64,000 bases of DNA from NCBI RefSeq assembly GCF_963921235.1, contig NC_086097.1, forward strand, positions 194,434,001 through 194,498,000, in the 5' to 3' direction. Every line of letters begins with the position of its first letter. Position 1 is the first letter of the stretch. Origin of the DNA: Mobula hypostoma. Taxonomy: Eukaryota. The position numbers were made by a program, and so were the translations under genes. The notes under the pieces are model-generated. The model did no database searches and had not been told where the DNA came from. It saw only the letters and a list, made by a program, of their open reading frames with translations. Below are positions 12,430-24,690 of the stretch, piece after piece.

Positions 12430-14016
12430 TTACTCACCTCCGTGCACATTTGTGCCACCCTGAGCAGGGTGAATGTACGGACGGCAGCTGGTCCGGATGG
12501 AATACCTGGCTGTGTGCTCAGAGTCTGTGCAGGGCAGTTGGTCAGGGTCTTCACGGACAATTTTATTCTGTCCCTGGCTCAGGCAGTTGTCCCCACAAGC
12601 TTCAAGATCGCCACCATCGTGCCAGTGCTGAAGCATTCCACTGCTACGGGCCTGAATGACTTCCGTCCAGTTGCACTCACCCCCATCACTGCAAAGTGCT
12701 TTGAGAGACTGGTTCTATCACATCTGAAATCCTGTCTGCCCTCTACCCTGGACCCCATCAATTTGCCTATCGCACCAACAGGTCAACAGAGGACGCCACC
12801 TCCACGGCACTTCACTCTGCCCTGACCCACCTGGACAGCCCCAACTCTTAGGTCAGAATGCTGTTCATTGACTTTAATTCGGCATTCAATACTGTGATCC
12901 CCTCCAAGCTGATCGCCAAACTTCGCCAGCTTGGTATCAGCTCATCCCTCTGCAAATGGACCTTGGACTTTCTGACTAACAGACCTCAATCAGTTAAGTT
13001 AGACAACCTCTCCTCCTCCACTCTCACCCTGAACACCGGCGTGCCTCAAGGCTGTATGCTGAGCCCTCTTCTGTACTCCCTTTTCACCTATGACTGCGTT
13101 CCTGTACATGGTTCTAACTCCACAATCAAGTTCGCAGACAACACCACGGTGGTTGGCCTGATCAGAGGGGATGACGAGACGGCCTACAGGGACGAGGTCC
13201 AGCACCTGGCCATGTGGTGTGCCAACAACAACCTGGCCCTTAACACCCAGAAGACCAAGGAGATCATTGTGGACTTCAGGCATGCTAGGAGCCACACTCA
13301 CGTCCTCTTCTACATCAGCAGAGCTGTAGTGGAGCGTGTATCAAGCTTCAAATTCCTTGGTGTCCACATTTCCGAGGATCTCACCTGGTCCCTGAACTCC
13401 TCCACCCTGATCAAAAAAAGTGCAATAGCACCTTTATTTCCTGTGGAGCATCAAGAAAGCTCAACTCTGTCCCAGGATACTGATGGACTTTTACCGCTGT
13501 ACCATTGAGAGCATACTCACCAACTGCATCTCAGTGTGGTATGGCAATTGTCCTGTATTGGACCACAAAGCACTCCAGCGTGTGTTGAAAACTGCCCAGC
13601 GGATTATCTGCACCCAATTCCCAACCACTGAGAACGGCTACCATAAACACTGCCTGGGCAGGGCGTAAAGCATTATCGAGGATGCATCTCACCCTAACCA
13701 TGGACTTGTTACTTTCCTCCCATTTGGTAGGCGCTACAGGAGCCTCTGTTCCCACACCAGCAGGCACAGGAAGAGTTTCTTCCTTGAGGCTGTAACCCTG
13801 CTGAACCTCACACCACAGTGCTAAACAGTTTTGCAGCTATAATGTACTGTCTCAGTACTTTCATATTTGTGTGCTGTAGCGCTTTCTTTTTATTTGCAGT
13901 TATTTTGTAAATAACACTATTCTTTGCATTTCTGGTTAGATGCTAACTGCATTTCATTGGCTTTGTATCTGTACTCGGCACAATGACAATAAAGTTTAAT
14001 CTAATTTAATCTAATC
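12430..14016 (+). mobile_element. Rex1/Babar-type LINE, 5' truncated
   Basis: [52 protein letters not shown] plus (TCTAA)n-like tail. Confidence 0.9.
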
Positions 14017-14505
14017 TTGTAACCATCACTTCTAACTCATTGAGCATTATTTCTACTGGAAATTTGTTCCTATAACTTTGATTCTTATCTTGTATGTGGC
14101 TAGCAAATAAATATCCATCAAAAACTAAAATGTTAATGGGGCATATATTTTCACTAGGTTCATATTCCATTTCACCATTGTTAATTGGATCAATTTTTAT
14201 TAATCTGGAACATTATAGACAAGGAAAGGAAATCTATCAAGAAGCAAGTTGTTTCCACCAAAAAGATGGCAGTGAGTAATGATGTGTCAACAAATAATGA
14301 AACAATTAACATCTTTCTCTAAAATATCTCTTCCCATGTTCTTCATAATATAGTAATATTATGAAATTATGTAACATAATAAGTGCATGCAATGTTGTAA
14401 TAATCCAGTAATAAACATGTTCTATTTCCCTAGTTTTAGTTCTATTGTACTTCATTTTGTGAGTTTGACCATGGTTTTCTTAGCAAATAGGTTCTAGGAA
14501 ACCTA

Positions 14506-14593
14506 ATATCTAGCAACGGTGGTTTGCTATTACCTACCGTTGGGCGAACTAAAGAAATTGCCATTTCAATAGCAAACCACCGTTGCTAGATAT
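14506..14593. repeat. Perfect 26-bp inverted repeat with 36-bp spacer
   Basis: ATATCTAGCAACGGTGGTTTGCTATT (14506-14531) and AATAGCAAACCACCGTTGCTAGATAT (14568-14593). Confidence 0.95.
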
Positions 14594-14619
14594 CTTATAT
14601 CTTACTTGTATCTTATATC

Positions 14620-16040
14620 TTGTATCTTACTTTTAGCTCTTGTCATCAAAATTCTTAGAAGTATAGTCATAGTCATACTTTATTGATCCTGGGGGAAATT
14701 GGTTTTTGTTACAGTTGCACCATAAATAATAAATAGTAATAGAACCATCTAGGTGATATGACTCATTAGACTTATGGTCCTATGTTATTCAAGTTCTATT
14801 GCTCCAGGTTTCTTAAGAAGAGTGATAAATACTGATTTTTTTCATCTCTTCTGGTATTATTCCAGTCTCATAAATATCATTGATTAAATCAGTAAGTTTT
14901 TCAATTCCATAATCTTCAAGGGCAAAAATTTGTTCTATTACTAATTCATCAGGACCTGCTGCCTTTCCTCTCTTCATCTTATTTATTGCATTACGAACTT
15001 CAGATTTTAAAATACTTGGGCCTTCAACGTTTTTCCAGGTCCACAAGCGTCTCGGATGGTTTTTAAAGTAGGTATTCATAATGACCTGATTATTCATCTT
15101 GCACCATTCTACCCATTTCTCACCTCTTTCATTTCTTTCCCCTAGTCCAAATTTTCCTATGGTATTTCATTCAGCATCTTGTCCTACTTTAACATTTAGA
15201 TCTCTCATGACAATAACAATATCTTGAAATTTGCATCTATTCTTTGCTTGTTCAAACTCTTCATAGAATTCATCTATATCCTCATTTGTTCCATCTGTTG
15301 TTGGTGCATATACCTGTATAATGTTATGGATACTATCAGAACGAGCTATTCAAGCGCAAAAAGATTTGTTTCTTTGTTTGTTTTATCGACTACACAAAAG
15401 CATTTGATAAAATGAAGCACAATAAGTTATCTGAAATATTACAGAAAACTCTAGATCTAGATTCGAAAGACCTCCACCTAATCAGAAATATGTACTGGGA
15501 ACAAACTGCTGCTGTAAGAGTAGATGGAGAAGTGAGTCAGTTTATGAAAGTCAAGAGACAAGGGTGTGTTTTCTCCCTTGATTTATTTACTGTGTACAGT
15601 GAAACAATATTACAAAACATAAGAGACATCTTGGGAATCAAAGTTGGTGGAGAAAACATCATTAATTTCAGATATGCAGATGACACTGTGTTAATTGCAA
15701 GTACAGAGGAAGAACTACAAAACTTAATTGATATCATTGTTGAAGAAAGTACAAAAATGGGTCTATCTATCAATTGCAAAAAGACAGAATGTATAGTGAT
15801 ATCCAAAAAGAAGGAGAACCCTATCTGCAGGCTGAGAATAAATGGGGAAGACTTAAAACAAGTACAGAACTTTTGCTACTTAGGAAGCTGGGTGACATCA
15901 GATGGCAGGTGTGACAAGGACATCAAAAGAAGAATAGGGATGGCAAAAGACACCTTTACGAGATTGAAGGGTACACTGACCAGTACTAAACTAGGCATGA
16001 CAACCCGCCTCAGAGTACTGAAATGTTACGTTTATGCAGT
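14620..16040. mobile_element. RTE-type LINE with inverted 5' part (minus 14620-15330, plus 15330-16040)
   Basis: Minus: NTYFKNHPRRLWTW, KAAGPDE, RTISLMSHIT, ILLRILM; plus: IDYTKAFDK, RQGCVFS, RYADD, YLGS. Confidence 0.85.
14663..14748 (-). mobile_element. Short Rex1 3' tail inserted in the RTE
   Basis: Matches Rex1 ends at 46411 and 52884, including the (CATAGT)n tail. Confidence 0.85.
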
Positions 16041-16044
16041 TACA

Positions 16045-17800
16045 GTACTTGGTAAGTGGGAGACCTTCAAAAGTGAAATGTATGTTCCTGTCAGAGTGAA
16101 AAACAACGATAACAGGCTTAGAGAGCCTTGGTTTTTGAGAGATATTGAGGCCCTTGTTAAGAAAAAGGAGGAGTTGCAGGTAGGAACAAATGAGGAACCT
16201 GAGGAATATAGGAAATGCAAGAGACCACTGAAGAATGAAATCTGGGAGACTAAAAGAAGGCATGAGTTTGCTCTTGTAGTCAAGTTGAAGGAGAATCCCA
16301 AGGGCTTCTACAGATATATTAAGAGCAAAAGGATAACCAGGGACAAAATTGATCCTCTGGGAGGTCACAGTCATAATCTATGTGTGGAGCCAAAACAGAT
16401 GGGGGAGATCTTAATTGGATTTTTTGCATCTGTATTTATTTGTGAGATGGATACAAAGTCTCTAGAAGAGAGGCAAAACAGCAGTGAGACCATGGGCCCT
16501 ACACAGATTACAGAAAGAAGCTGTTTACTGGCTTGAAGCAAAGAAATGTGGATAAATCCCCAGGGCCTGACAATGTGTTGTCTTGGGAGCACTGTGGGAG
16601 ACAAATGCAGAAATTTCAGGGGCCCTTGTGGAGATACTTAAAACATCCTTAGCTATTGGTGAGGTGCTGGAGGATTTGAGGATAGCTAATGTTGTTCCAT
16701 TGTTTAAGAAAGGCATTAAGAATAAGCTAGGAAATTATAGGCCAGTGAGCTTGGCATCATTAGTAGGAAAATTATTGGAAGATATTCTAAGTGATCATAT
16801 TTATACTTGGATAGACAGGGACTGATTAGGGATAGTCAACATGGTTTTGGTGTGGTAGGTCATTTCTAACCAATCTTATGGAAGTTTTGGAGGAATGATT
16901 TGGATCATAATGTGGTAAACTGGATCAGCAAATTTGTGGATGATACCAAAATTGTGGGTGTAGTGTACAGTGAGGAAGAGTATCAAAGCTTGCAGCAGGA
17001 TCTGGACCAGCAGGAAAAATGGGCTGAAAAATGGCAGATGGAATTTAATACAGACAAGTGTGAGGTGTTGCACATTGGAGACAAGGGTAGATCTTACATG
17101 GTGAGTGCTAGGGTGCTGAAAAGTGTGGTAGGATAGAGGGATCAGGGAATATAGATCCACAATTCCTTGAAAATGGTATCACAGGTAGATAGGTTCATAA
17201 AAAAATGCTGTTGGCAATTTGACCTGCATAAATCAGTGCATTGAGTACAGGAATTGGGATATTGTGTTGAAATTGTATAAGATGTTGGTGAGGCCTAATA
17301 TGGAGTATTGTGTGCAGTTTTAGTTACCTACTTAGAGGAAATAAATAAAATTGAAAGAGTACAGAGAAAATTTACAAGAATGTTGCTGGGACTTGAGGAG
17401 ATGAGTTAGAGGGAAAGGTTGAATTGGTTAGAACTTTTTTCCCCTAGAATATAGAAGATTTAGGGGAGATTTGATAGACTGATACAAAATTATCAGGAGT
17501 ATAGGTAGGGTAAATGCAAATAGACTTCTTCCATTGAGGTTGGGTGAGACTACAACTAGAGGTCATGGGTTAAGTGTGAAAAGTGAAATATTTAGGGGAA
17601 CATGAGGAGACACTTCTTCACTCAGAGGATGGTGAGAATGTGGGACATTTAAGAGAAATATGCATAGGTAGACGGATGGGAGGGGCATGGAACGCTATTG
17701 TCTGGGTGCAGGTCAGTGGGACTAGGCAGATAAATGGGTTGGCACAGACTAGATGAACCAAAGGGCTTGATTATGTGCTGTAGTGTTTTATGATTCCTAG
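16045..17800 (+). mobile_element. Decayed CR1 ORF2 and 3' UTR
   Basis: KENPKGFYRYIKSK, NYRPVSLAS, KFVDDTK, WAEKWQMEFN. Confidence 0.9.
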
Positions 17801-17842
17801 CTCGACCCAGGTTTTGCAGAAGGTAATGCATTCACCACTACT

Positions 17843-17993
17843 GATAGGTTCTTGATTAGTAAAGGCATCAAAGTTTACAGCGAGAAGGCAGGAGAATGGA
17901 GTTGTGAAGTATAATAAATCAGCAAAGATGGAATGGTGGAGCAGAGTTGATGGGTCAAATGGCCTAATTTGACTCCTATGTCTTATGGTCTTA
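17843..17993 (+). mobile_element. CR1 3' end
   Basis: 3' UTR ending CTCCTATGTCTTATGGTCTTA like other copies. Confidence 0.75.
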
Positions 17994-18062
17994 TAAAACC
18001 AATTGCTGAAAATGAATGAAAAATATTTTTCAATTTAACTTGAAAATTTCTAAAATGGGGCC

Positions 18063-19273
18063 AAAAGCCTAATAAAGAAGGAGAGATGCTTATTCGATGA
18101 TTAACTATTCAGTCAGGTACATTTAGAAGCCCGTAGCTCTTGTACATCTAGTTTACAAATAATGTCATTGGTCTGTAGTTTGTAGAAGCTCAGTATGATT
18201 TGCTAAGATGTCACTGTGCTTGTCATGTAATATATCATGCCCATCCCTGACATTCTGCATCTTTTTCAGACTCAATTGATATAGTTGCACAACAATATTA
18301 AAAAAGAAAAATATATTAACCAAAAATATTTTTATGTGTGGCTAATATATATTGAGGTCAAGGATGTATTTTTGTTTCCCAATATTTTATATCTTCATAA
18401 TGATTAATTCCACACTGTGATAGTTGTAAAATTTAACATGCATTGTACTTTTCTGATTTGTGGGCAGATAGATTAGTTTCAATGAGGTATTGTCACTGAT
18501 TAAGATAGAATAGATGTCAGATGTATAAATCAGTCAAAGTGACATGGGAGGATTTTTTTTAGCATTTATTGTGGCATGTATAACTGGCTTAGAAGCCCTC
18601 TTCTTTGAACCATCCTGTCATTACAATTTTGTTAAAATTCAGATCCATGATAACCGTATTGACATTTGTTGCTAAAATGTGATACTAAGTTGCCCATTTT
18701 ATCACTTCTCTAAAATACTCTTTTCAATAACTTTCCAGAAATTTCTTGTTATAATTTATTTTCATACAACTGAATCAGGTCAGAGTGCAATTTATTTACT
18801 ATTGTCTCTCTACTTCAGCAGTTCACATTTCTAAATATTTGGATAGCCAGATATTTGCATGGACCTGAAATACAGGAAATTGTCACCTTTGTTGAGTAAT
18901 GTAACTTAAGCAATACTTTATGTTGATCATATCTTCTAGGCTATAGTGCAGTGTTGGTCACCTTAACCTTACTTAGCTGCTGTGAGAATTACAAATGAAA
19001 AGACTTAATGTTATTAATAACAAAAACATTTAAAAAGGAACATTTAAAAAGGAACAGAAAGCCTGATAATGAGGAGGAGCTTTTTATTACATAATAACTT
19101 ATTCAGTCATATATATTTAGAAGTCTACTGCTGATACATCCACTTTGCAAATGATACTATGGTCCAGTAGTTTAGTAACAATTCAATATGGCATGCTTGA
19201 AACTATGATTGCCAAGTAATATGTCATGCCAATCCTGACAACTTGCATCCTTCCTTTTAGACTCAATTGATAT
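18063..19273 (+). repeat. Diverged ~220-bp direct repeat pair (18063-18282 and 19058-19273)
   Basis: Collinear shared blocks AAAGCCT, TATTCAGTCA, ATTTAGAAG, TCATGCC, CCTGACA, TGCATC, AGACTCAATTGATAT. Confidence 0.8.
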
Positions 19274-19369
19274 TTGTTGTTAGGAGCTTGGTTTGTTATA
19301 ATTTTCTAGTAAGTTCACGTTAAATTGAAAAATACTTTTCATTTATTTTCTACAGTTGTTTTTATATGA

Positions 19370-20440
19370 TCATAAAACATATGAGCCGAATTAGGCCACT
19401 AGACCTGTTGAGTCTGCTCCACCATTTCATTTTTGCTGATTTATTATCCTTCTCAACCCCATTCTCCAGCTATCTTCTCATAACCTATGACACCCTGACT
19501 AATCAAGAACCTATCAACCTCCGTTTTAAATATAATCAATGATTTGGCCTCCACTGTTGTCTGTAGTCATGATTTCCACAGATTTACTGTTGCCTGGATA
19601 AAGAAATTCCTCCTCAGCTCTGTTCTGAAAGGACATCTCTCTATTTTGAGGTTGTCCTCTCTGGTTCCAGCCTTACCTATTACAGGAAACACTATAGAAC
19701 TCTGGTTAGGCCACACTTGGAGTACTGTGTCCAGTTCTGGTCGCCTCACTATAGGAAGGATGTGGAAGCATTGGAAAGGGTACAGAGGAGATTTACCAGG
19801 ATGCTGCCTAGTTTAGAGAGTATGGATTATGATCAGAGATTAAGGGAGCTAGGGCTTTACTCTTTGGAGAGAAGGAGGATGAGAGGAGACATGACAGAGG
19901 TGTACAAGATATTAAGAGGAATAGATGGAGTGGATAGCCAGCGCCTCTTCCCCAGGGCACCCCTGCTCAATACAAGAGGATGTGGCTTTAACATAAGGGG
20001 TGGGAAGTTCAAGGGGGATATTAGAGGAAGGTTTTTCACTCAGAGAGTGGTTGGTGCGTGGAATGCACTGCATGAGTCAGTGGTAGAGGCAGATACACTA
20101 GTGAAGTTTAAGAGACTACTAGATAGGTATATGGAGGAACTTAAGGTGGGGGTTTATATGGAAGGCAGGGTTTGAGGGTCAGCACAACAGTGTGGGCCGA
20201 AGGGTCTGTAATGTGCTGTACTATTCTATGTTCTATGTTCTATGAAACACCTTTGCTACATCCAATCTACCTATGCCTTTCAATATTCGATAAATTTCAA
20301 TGAGATCTCCCTTCACTCTTCTAAATTCCAGCGAGTACAGGCCCAGAGCTACCAAACACTCCTCATTTTTTAACCCTTTGTTAACCCTGGGATCATTCTT
20401 CAATCTTCCTCTGGACCTCCTCCAATGCCAGCACATCCTA
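19370..20440 (-). mobile_element. CR1 3' part, host of a nested CR1
   Basis: LGLYSLEFRR and FRTELRRNFF on minus, continuous across the insertion. Confidence 0.85.
19693..20243 (+). mobile_element. Younger CR1 3' fragment with 7-bp TSD
   Basis: EYCVQFWSPHYRKD; (TTCTATG)n tail; GAAACAC at 19686-19692 and 20244-20250. Confidence 0.9.
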
Positions 20441-20819
20441 AGACGCACAAAACAGGCAAAATAAATTATCGGTCAGATGTCACTGGTGGTCTTAAAATAC
20501 TGATTGAGGAAAAACAGTAAAAAGTAATGAATCATCAGTAATTAACTTAGTTTTGATTAAGCTAAGTCCTATCTTCTCACTGTGACAATTTCTTCCTTTG
20601 TTACAAGCATTGTACTAGGAGTGGGGCTGAAGTTCCAGGAGAACACTAGGGAAAAACAAAAGGAGGAACGTTTTTAAACACTGGAGATTTTGACTACAGA
20701 GGTCTTATGGGGTGCAACAAAGGTTCATTGGACCACATAATACCTGGCTTTACTTAGCCAATAACTGGTGAATGTCATGGAGTTCTGATGTTTGTACTGA
20801 AGAATCAATATGTTTGCCA

Positions 20820-21470
20820 TAAACGGGGAAGAATTGCTTTAGACAGAGGGTAGTGAATCTGGAATTTTTTGTCACAGACGGCTATGGACGCCAAGTCATT
20901 GGATATAGTTAAAGTGGGAAGATGTAGGTTCTTGATCAGTCAAGGTGTTAAAAGTTACAGGGAGAAGGCAGGAGAATGGGGTTGAGAGGGATAATAAATC
21001 AGCCATTATGGAGTGGCGGAGCAGATTCATTGCTCTGAATGGCCTAATTCTGCTTCTATGTCTTATGGTCCTATGGGGTGCAACAAAAGTTCATTGGACC
21101 AGTTACAGTGTCAGCAGGACTCTCGTATGCGATAAGATTGGATTGACCTGGGATGTGCATCAGAGTTTAAAAGAATTAGAGCACATCTCGTTTTGGCAGA
21201 TTAACAGGGTGGAATCAGCAAAATGTTTTTCTCTGTATTTGGATGTAAGTAAGGTGTGTATGTTGGGAGGGATTATGTTTGGAACCTTGGGCGCCATGCT
21301 CACATTACAGGATCATTTAGGGTTGAGATGAGGAGAAATTGTCTCTCTCAGAGGCTGGTATGTAGATCTGTGATTGCTCTATCACAGAGGCCAAGTCATA
21401 GGATATATTTAAGAAGGAGATAGATTTTCTGAAAGAAACATTAAGTCATATGGGTAGAGTATAGGAGCTT
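20820..21470 (+). mobile_element. Two decayed CR1 3' fragments
   Basis: CR1 C-terminal and UTR similarity; TCTTATGG tail near 21061. Confidence 0.65.
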
Positions 21471-22780
21471 TGAAGTAGTGTACCTTTAAACAGAGAAAAG
21501 AAGCTGGTGAAGCAGGAGGGAAGATGGGGAAGCGGATGTGTCTCACTAACCGATGACAGGCTCAAATTCTGGGTGTGCCAACTTACCTGTCCTCATGCCT
21601 CTTTGATCTGATCTTCAGACTGACCTGAGACAGGTCGATATCCATGATGTCCTTCGTCACGTCTATGTAGCTTCCTTTGGGAGGGGAGCAGATGCCTGGA
21701 CTGTGCATGTCCTTAGTCACACATTTACGTTGCTGCACTTTGAATGCAGGGCATGGATCAGGGGCCTGACCTCTAACTCCTCTAAGTACCCTTCCCATAA
21801 ACTTGAATCTGACCTCTAATTCCCCACATCACTGTTCCTAAACCCTAACCTTACCCCAAATACCCCTCTTGGTTGCTAAAACCATCCCTATGAGTTAAAA
21901 AAAGAACAATTAAGTCTGAGCCATGATCTCAATGGAGACTGCAGCTGGATGCCATCTTGACTGGAACTTCATAGAATTTGTTTTAAACCAGTGACCTACT
22001 GGATATCTTGCTTTCTCATACCAGTCCATTTCTTGGTTGTGGCTTAGAACCATGGATTTGGCTAGGATCATTGTTACAGGGCTACTCTGACAAATTCATT
22101 GACAAGTATAGATTTTTTTCTCCAAACTATATCACTTTTACTGACATATGCTTCATTGCTGAAGTCATAATTTTACTTTTCTCAGGGTAGATAATTGTTT
22201 GCAGAGAACATAAAACTGCAGGACATGGAGCTTGCTAATTGGCTTAAATCCCACTGAGTAAAAAGCAGCGACATAGAAACCACAATCTTAAAATAATTTA
22301 AACATTTAACAGGAGCATTTGTCAGATATTGGACAACTTGTTGTCAGTTCTGATGTATCCAATTAAATTCATCAAAGAAATAATTGAACTCCAACAATGA
22401 CTAATACTTACGTTCACTTAATTTTAAATCACTAAATATTAGATACACTAAAATATAATGCATTAAAATGTTCTGTTTCTGAAGAAAGTTCAAAGTTCAA
22501 AGTAAATTTTATTATCGAAGTACATACAGTATATGCCACCATATACAACCCTGAGATTCATTTTTTTTGTGGGCATACTCAAAGAATCTATAGAATAACA
22601 GGATCAATGGAAGACCACCCAACCAGGGTGTTCAACCAGTAGAGAGGAGAACAAACAGTGCAAATGCATATGTAAATAAATAGCAATAAATAACGAGAAC
22701 ATGAGATGAAAAGCTCTTGAAAGTTAATGCATTTTTGTGGGAACATTTCAATGACATGATAAATGAAGTTGAGTGAAGTT

Positions 22781-22816
22781 AGTCCTGACGAAGGGTCTCG
22801 GCCTGAAACGTCGACT
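22781..22816 (+). ncRNA. Minimal type-I hammerhead ribozyme, intact core
   Basis: AGTC-CTGACGA-AGGGTCTCGGCCT-GAAA-C-GTC^GACT. Confidence 0.8.
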
Positions 22817-22912
22817 GCACCTCTTCCTACAGATGCTGCCTGGCCTGCTGCGTTCACCAGCAACTTTGATGTGTGTTGCTTGAATTTCCAGCATCTGCAG
22901 AATTCCTGTTGT
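22782..22912 (+). mobile_element. 131-bp hammerhead-headed PLE mini-insertion with 13-bp TSD
   Basis: TTGAGTGAAGTTA at 22769-22781 and 22913-22925. Confidence 0.9.
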
Positions 22913-24555
22913 TTGAGTGAAGTTACCCACTTTTGTTGAAGAGCCTGATGTTTGAGGGGTGGTAACTGTTCTTGAACCTGGTGATGTGAGTCCTGAAGCA
23001 TGTGTACCTTCTACCCGATGGCAGCAATGAGAATAGAGGATGAGTGGCTGGTCGGGATCCCGAATGATGGATGCTGCTTTCCTATGACAACACTTCATGT
23101 AAGTGTGCTCGATGGTGGGGAGGGCTTTACCCTTGATGTACTGGGCCGATTCCACTACTTTTTGTAGGATTTTCCGTTCAAGGGCACTGATGTTTCCACA
23201 GCAGGCTGTGATACAGTCAGTCAATATACTCCCTACTACACATTCATAAAAGTTTGTCAAAATTTTAGATGCCATGCTGATTCAGCAAACTCCTAAGGAA
23301 ATAAAGGTGCTGCCATGCTTGCTTTGCAATTGTACTTATGTGCTCTCCCAGGGCAAGTCCAAATAGTAACATCTAGGAATTCAAAGTCGCTAACCCTATC
23401 CAGCTCTGATCTTCTGATGAGGACTGGCTCATGGACTACTGATTTCTCTCTCCTGAAATCTACAGTCAGTTCCTTGGTCTTGCTGACGTTGAGTGAGAGG
23501 TTGTTGTTATGACATCTCTCAGCTAGACTTTCACATCTCCCTCCTAAACGCTGATTCATCATCACCCTTGATTCAGCCCATGACAGTGGTGTCATCAGCA
23601 ACCTCGAATATAGCATTGAAGTTGTGTTTAGCCGCACAGTCATTGGTGTAAAGTGAGTAGAGCAGGGGGCTAGGCACACAGCCTTGTGGTGCACTTGTGC
23701 TGATGGAGATTGTGGAGGATATGTTGTTGCCAGTCCGAACTGACTGGGGTCTGCAAGTGAGGAAATCCAGGATCAAATTGTCCAAGGAGGTATTGTAATC
23801 AAGGTCTTGGAACTTATTGATTAGTTTTGAGGGGATGAAGTTATTGAATGCTGAGCTGTAGTTGACAGAGACTATCAAGGTGTATGCATCTTTGCCGTCC
23901 AATGTTCCAGGGTTGAGTGAAGAGCCAGTGAGATGGCATCTGCCGTGGACCTGTTGCTCTGGTAGGCAAATTGAAGTGGATCCAAGTAGTTTCTCAGGTA
24001 GAAGATGATATGTTTCATCACCAGCCTCTCAAAACACTTCATCATTGTGGATATAAGTGCAACTGGGCGCTATCTATTGAGGCAAGTCACTACACGCTTC
24101 TGATTTATACTTGAAGCCTACTTGAAGCAGGTGGATACCACACACTGCCAAAGTGAGAGGTCTCAATGAGCACAACAGCCAGTTGATCAGCACTGGTCTT
24201 TAGTAGATGGCCAGCTACCCCGTCCAGTCCGGATGCTTTTCGTGGGTTCACTTCCTGAAGCAGCCAGCACATTGGCTTCAGAGACTGAAATCATAGGATC
24301 ATTGGGGGATGAGGGAGTTAACGATGGTTCCTCCGTGTTCTGATAATGAAAGACCAATAATTAACACCATTCCCCATTCTATTGTCTATTGTTCTTCATT
24401 TCCTTTCAGAGGTATTGTGTGAGTGATTGCTCTGATTCTAAAGCTGGGACTCCTGGAATGTGCTCCCCTTAAATAAAGTACCTTGTTGGTAGAACTACTG
24501 TGGAAATTTCAAATCATGAAATTACCTGGAATACTTTTGCACAATATTTCATAAC

Positions 24556-24690
24556 ATAAAACATGAGAAAGTCTGTAGATGGTGTTAATGCAGTCCTGAA
24601 GTAGGGTCTTGGCTCAAAACATTAACTGTTTACTCTTTTCCATAGATGCTACCTGACCTGCTGAGTTCCTCCAGTACTTTTTGTCCGATG
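24556..24690. mobile_element. PLE mini-insertion (short inverted terminus + decayed hammerhead unit), 10-bp TSD
   Basis: ATTTCATAAC at 24546-24555 and 24691-24700; CAGTCCTGAAGTAGGGTCTTGGCTCAAAACATTAACTG. Confidence 0.75.

Larger units (their letters stand above)
22486..24345 (-). mobile_element. Rex1/Babar-type LINE, decayed
   Basis: YSSAFN, APQGCVPSPLLYSLYT, VADDTT, LNVSKTKEL; (TTTGAAC)n tail. Confidence 0.85.

Noticed and set aside
14470..14560. HDV-like ribozyme suggested by GCAAC...GGCGAAC
   Set aside because: P1, P3 and P1.1 could not be fitted in the required order
15412..16536. 374-aa ORF as a single gene
   Set aside because: Chance in-frame junction of RTE RT and a CR1 fragment near 16040
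21838..21858. CCCTAA-like motifs as interstitial telomere
   Set aside because: Only one or two imperfect units
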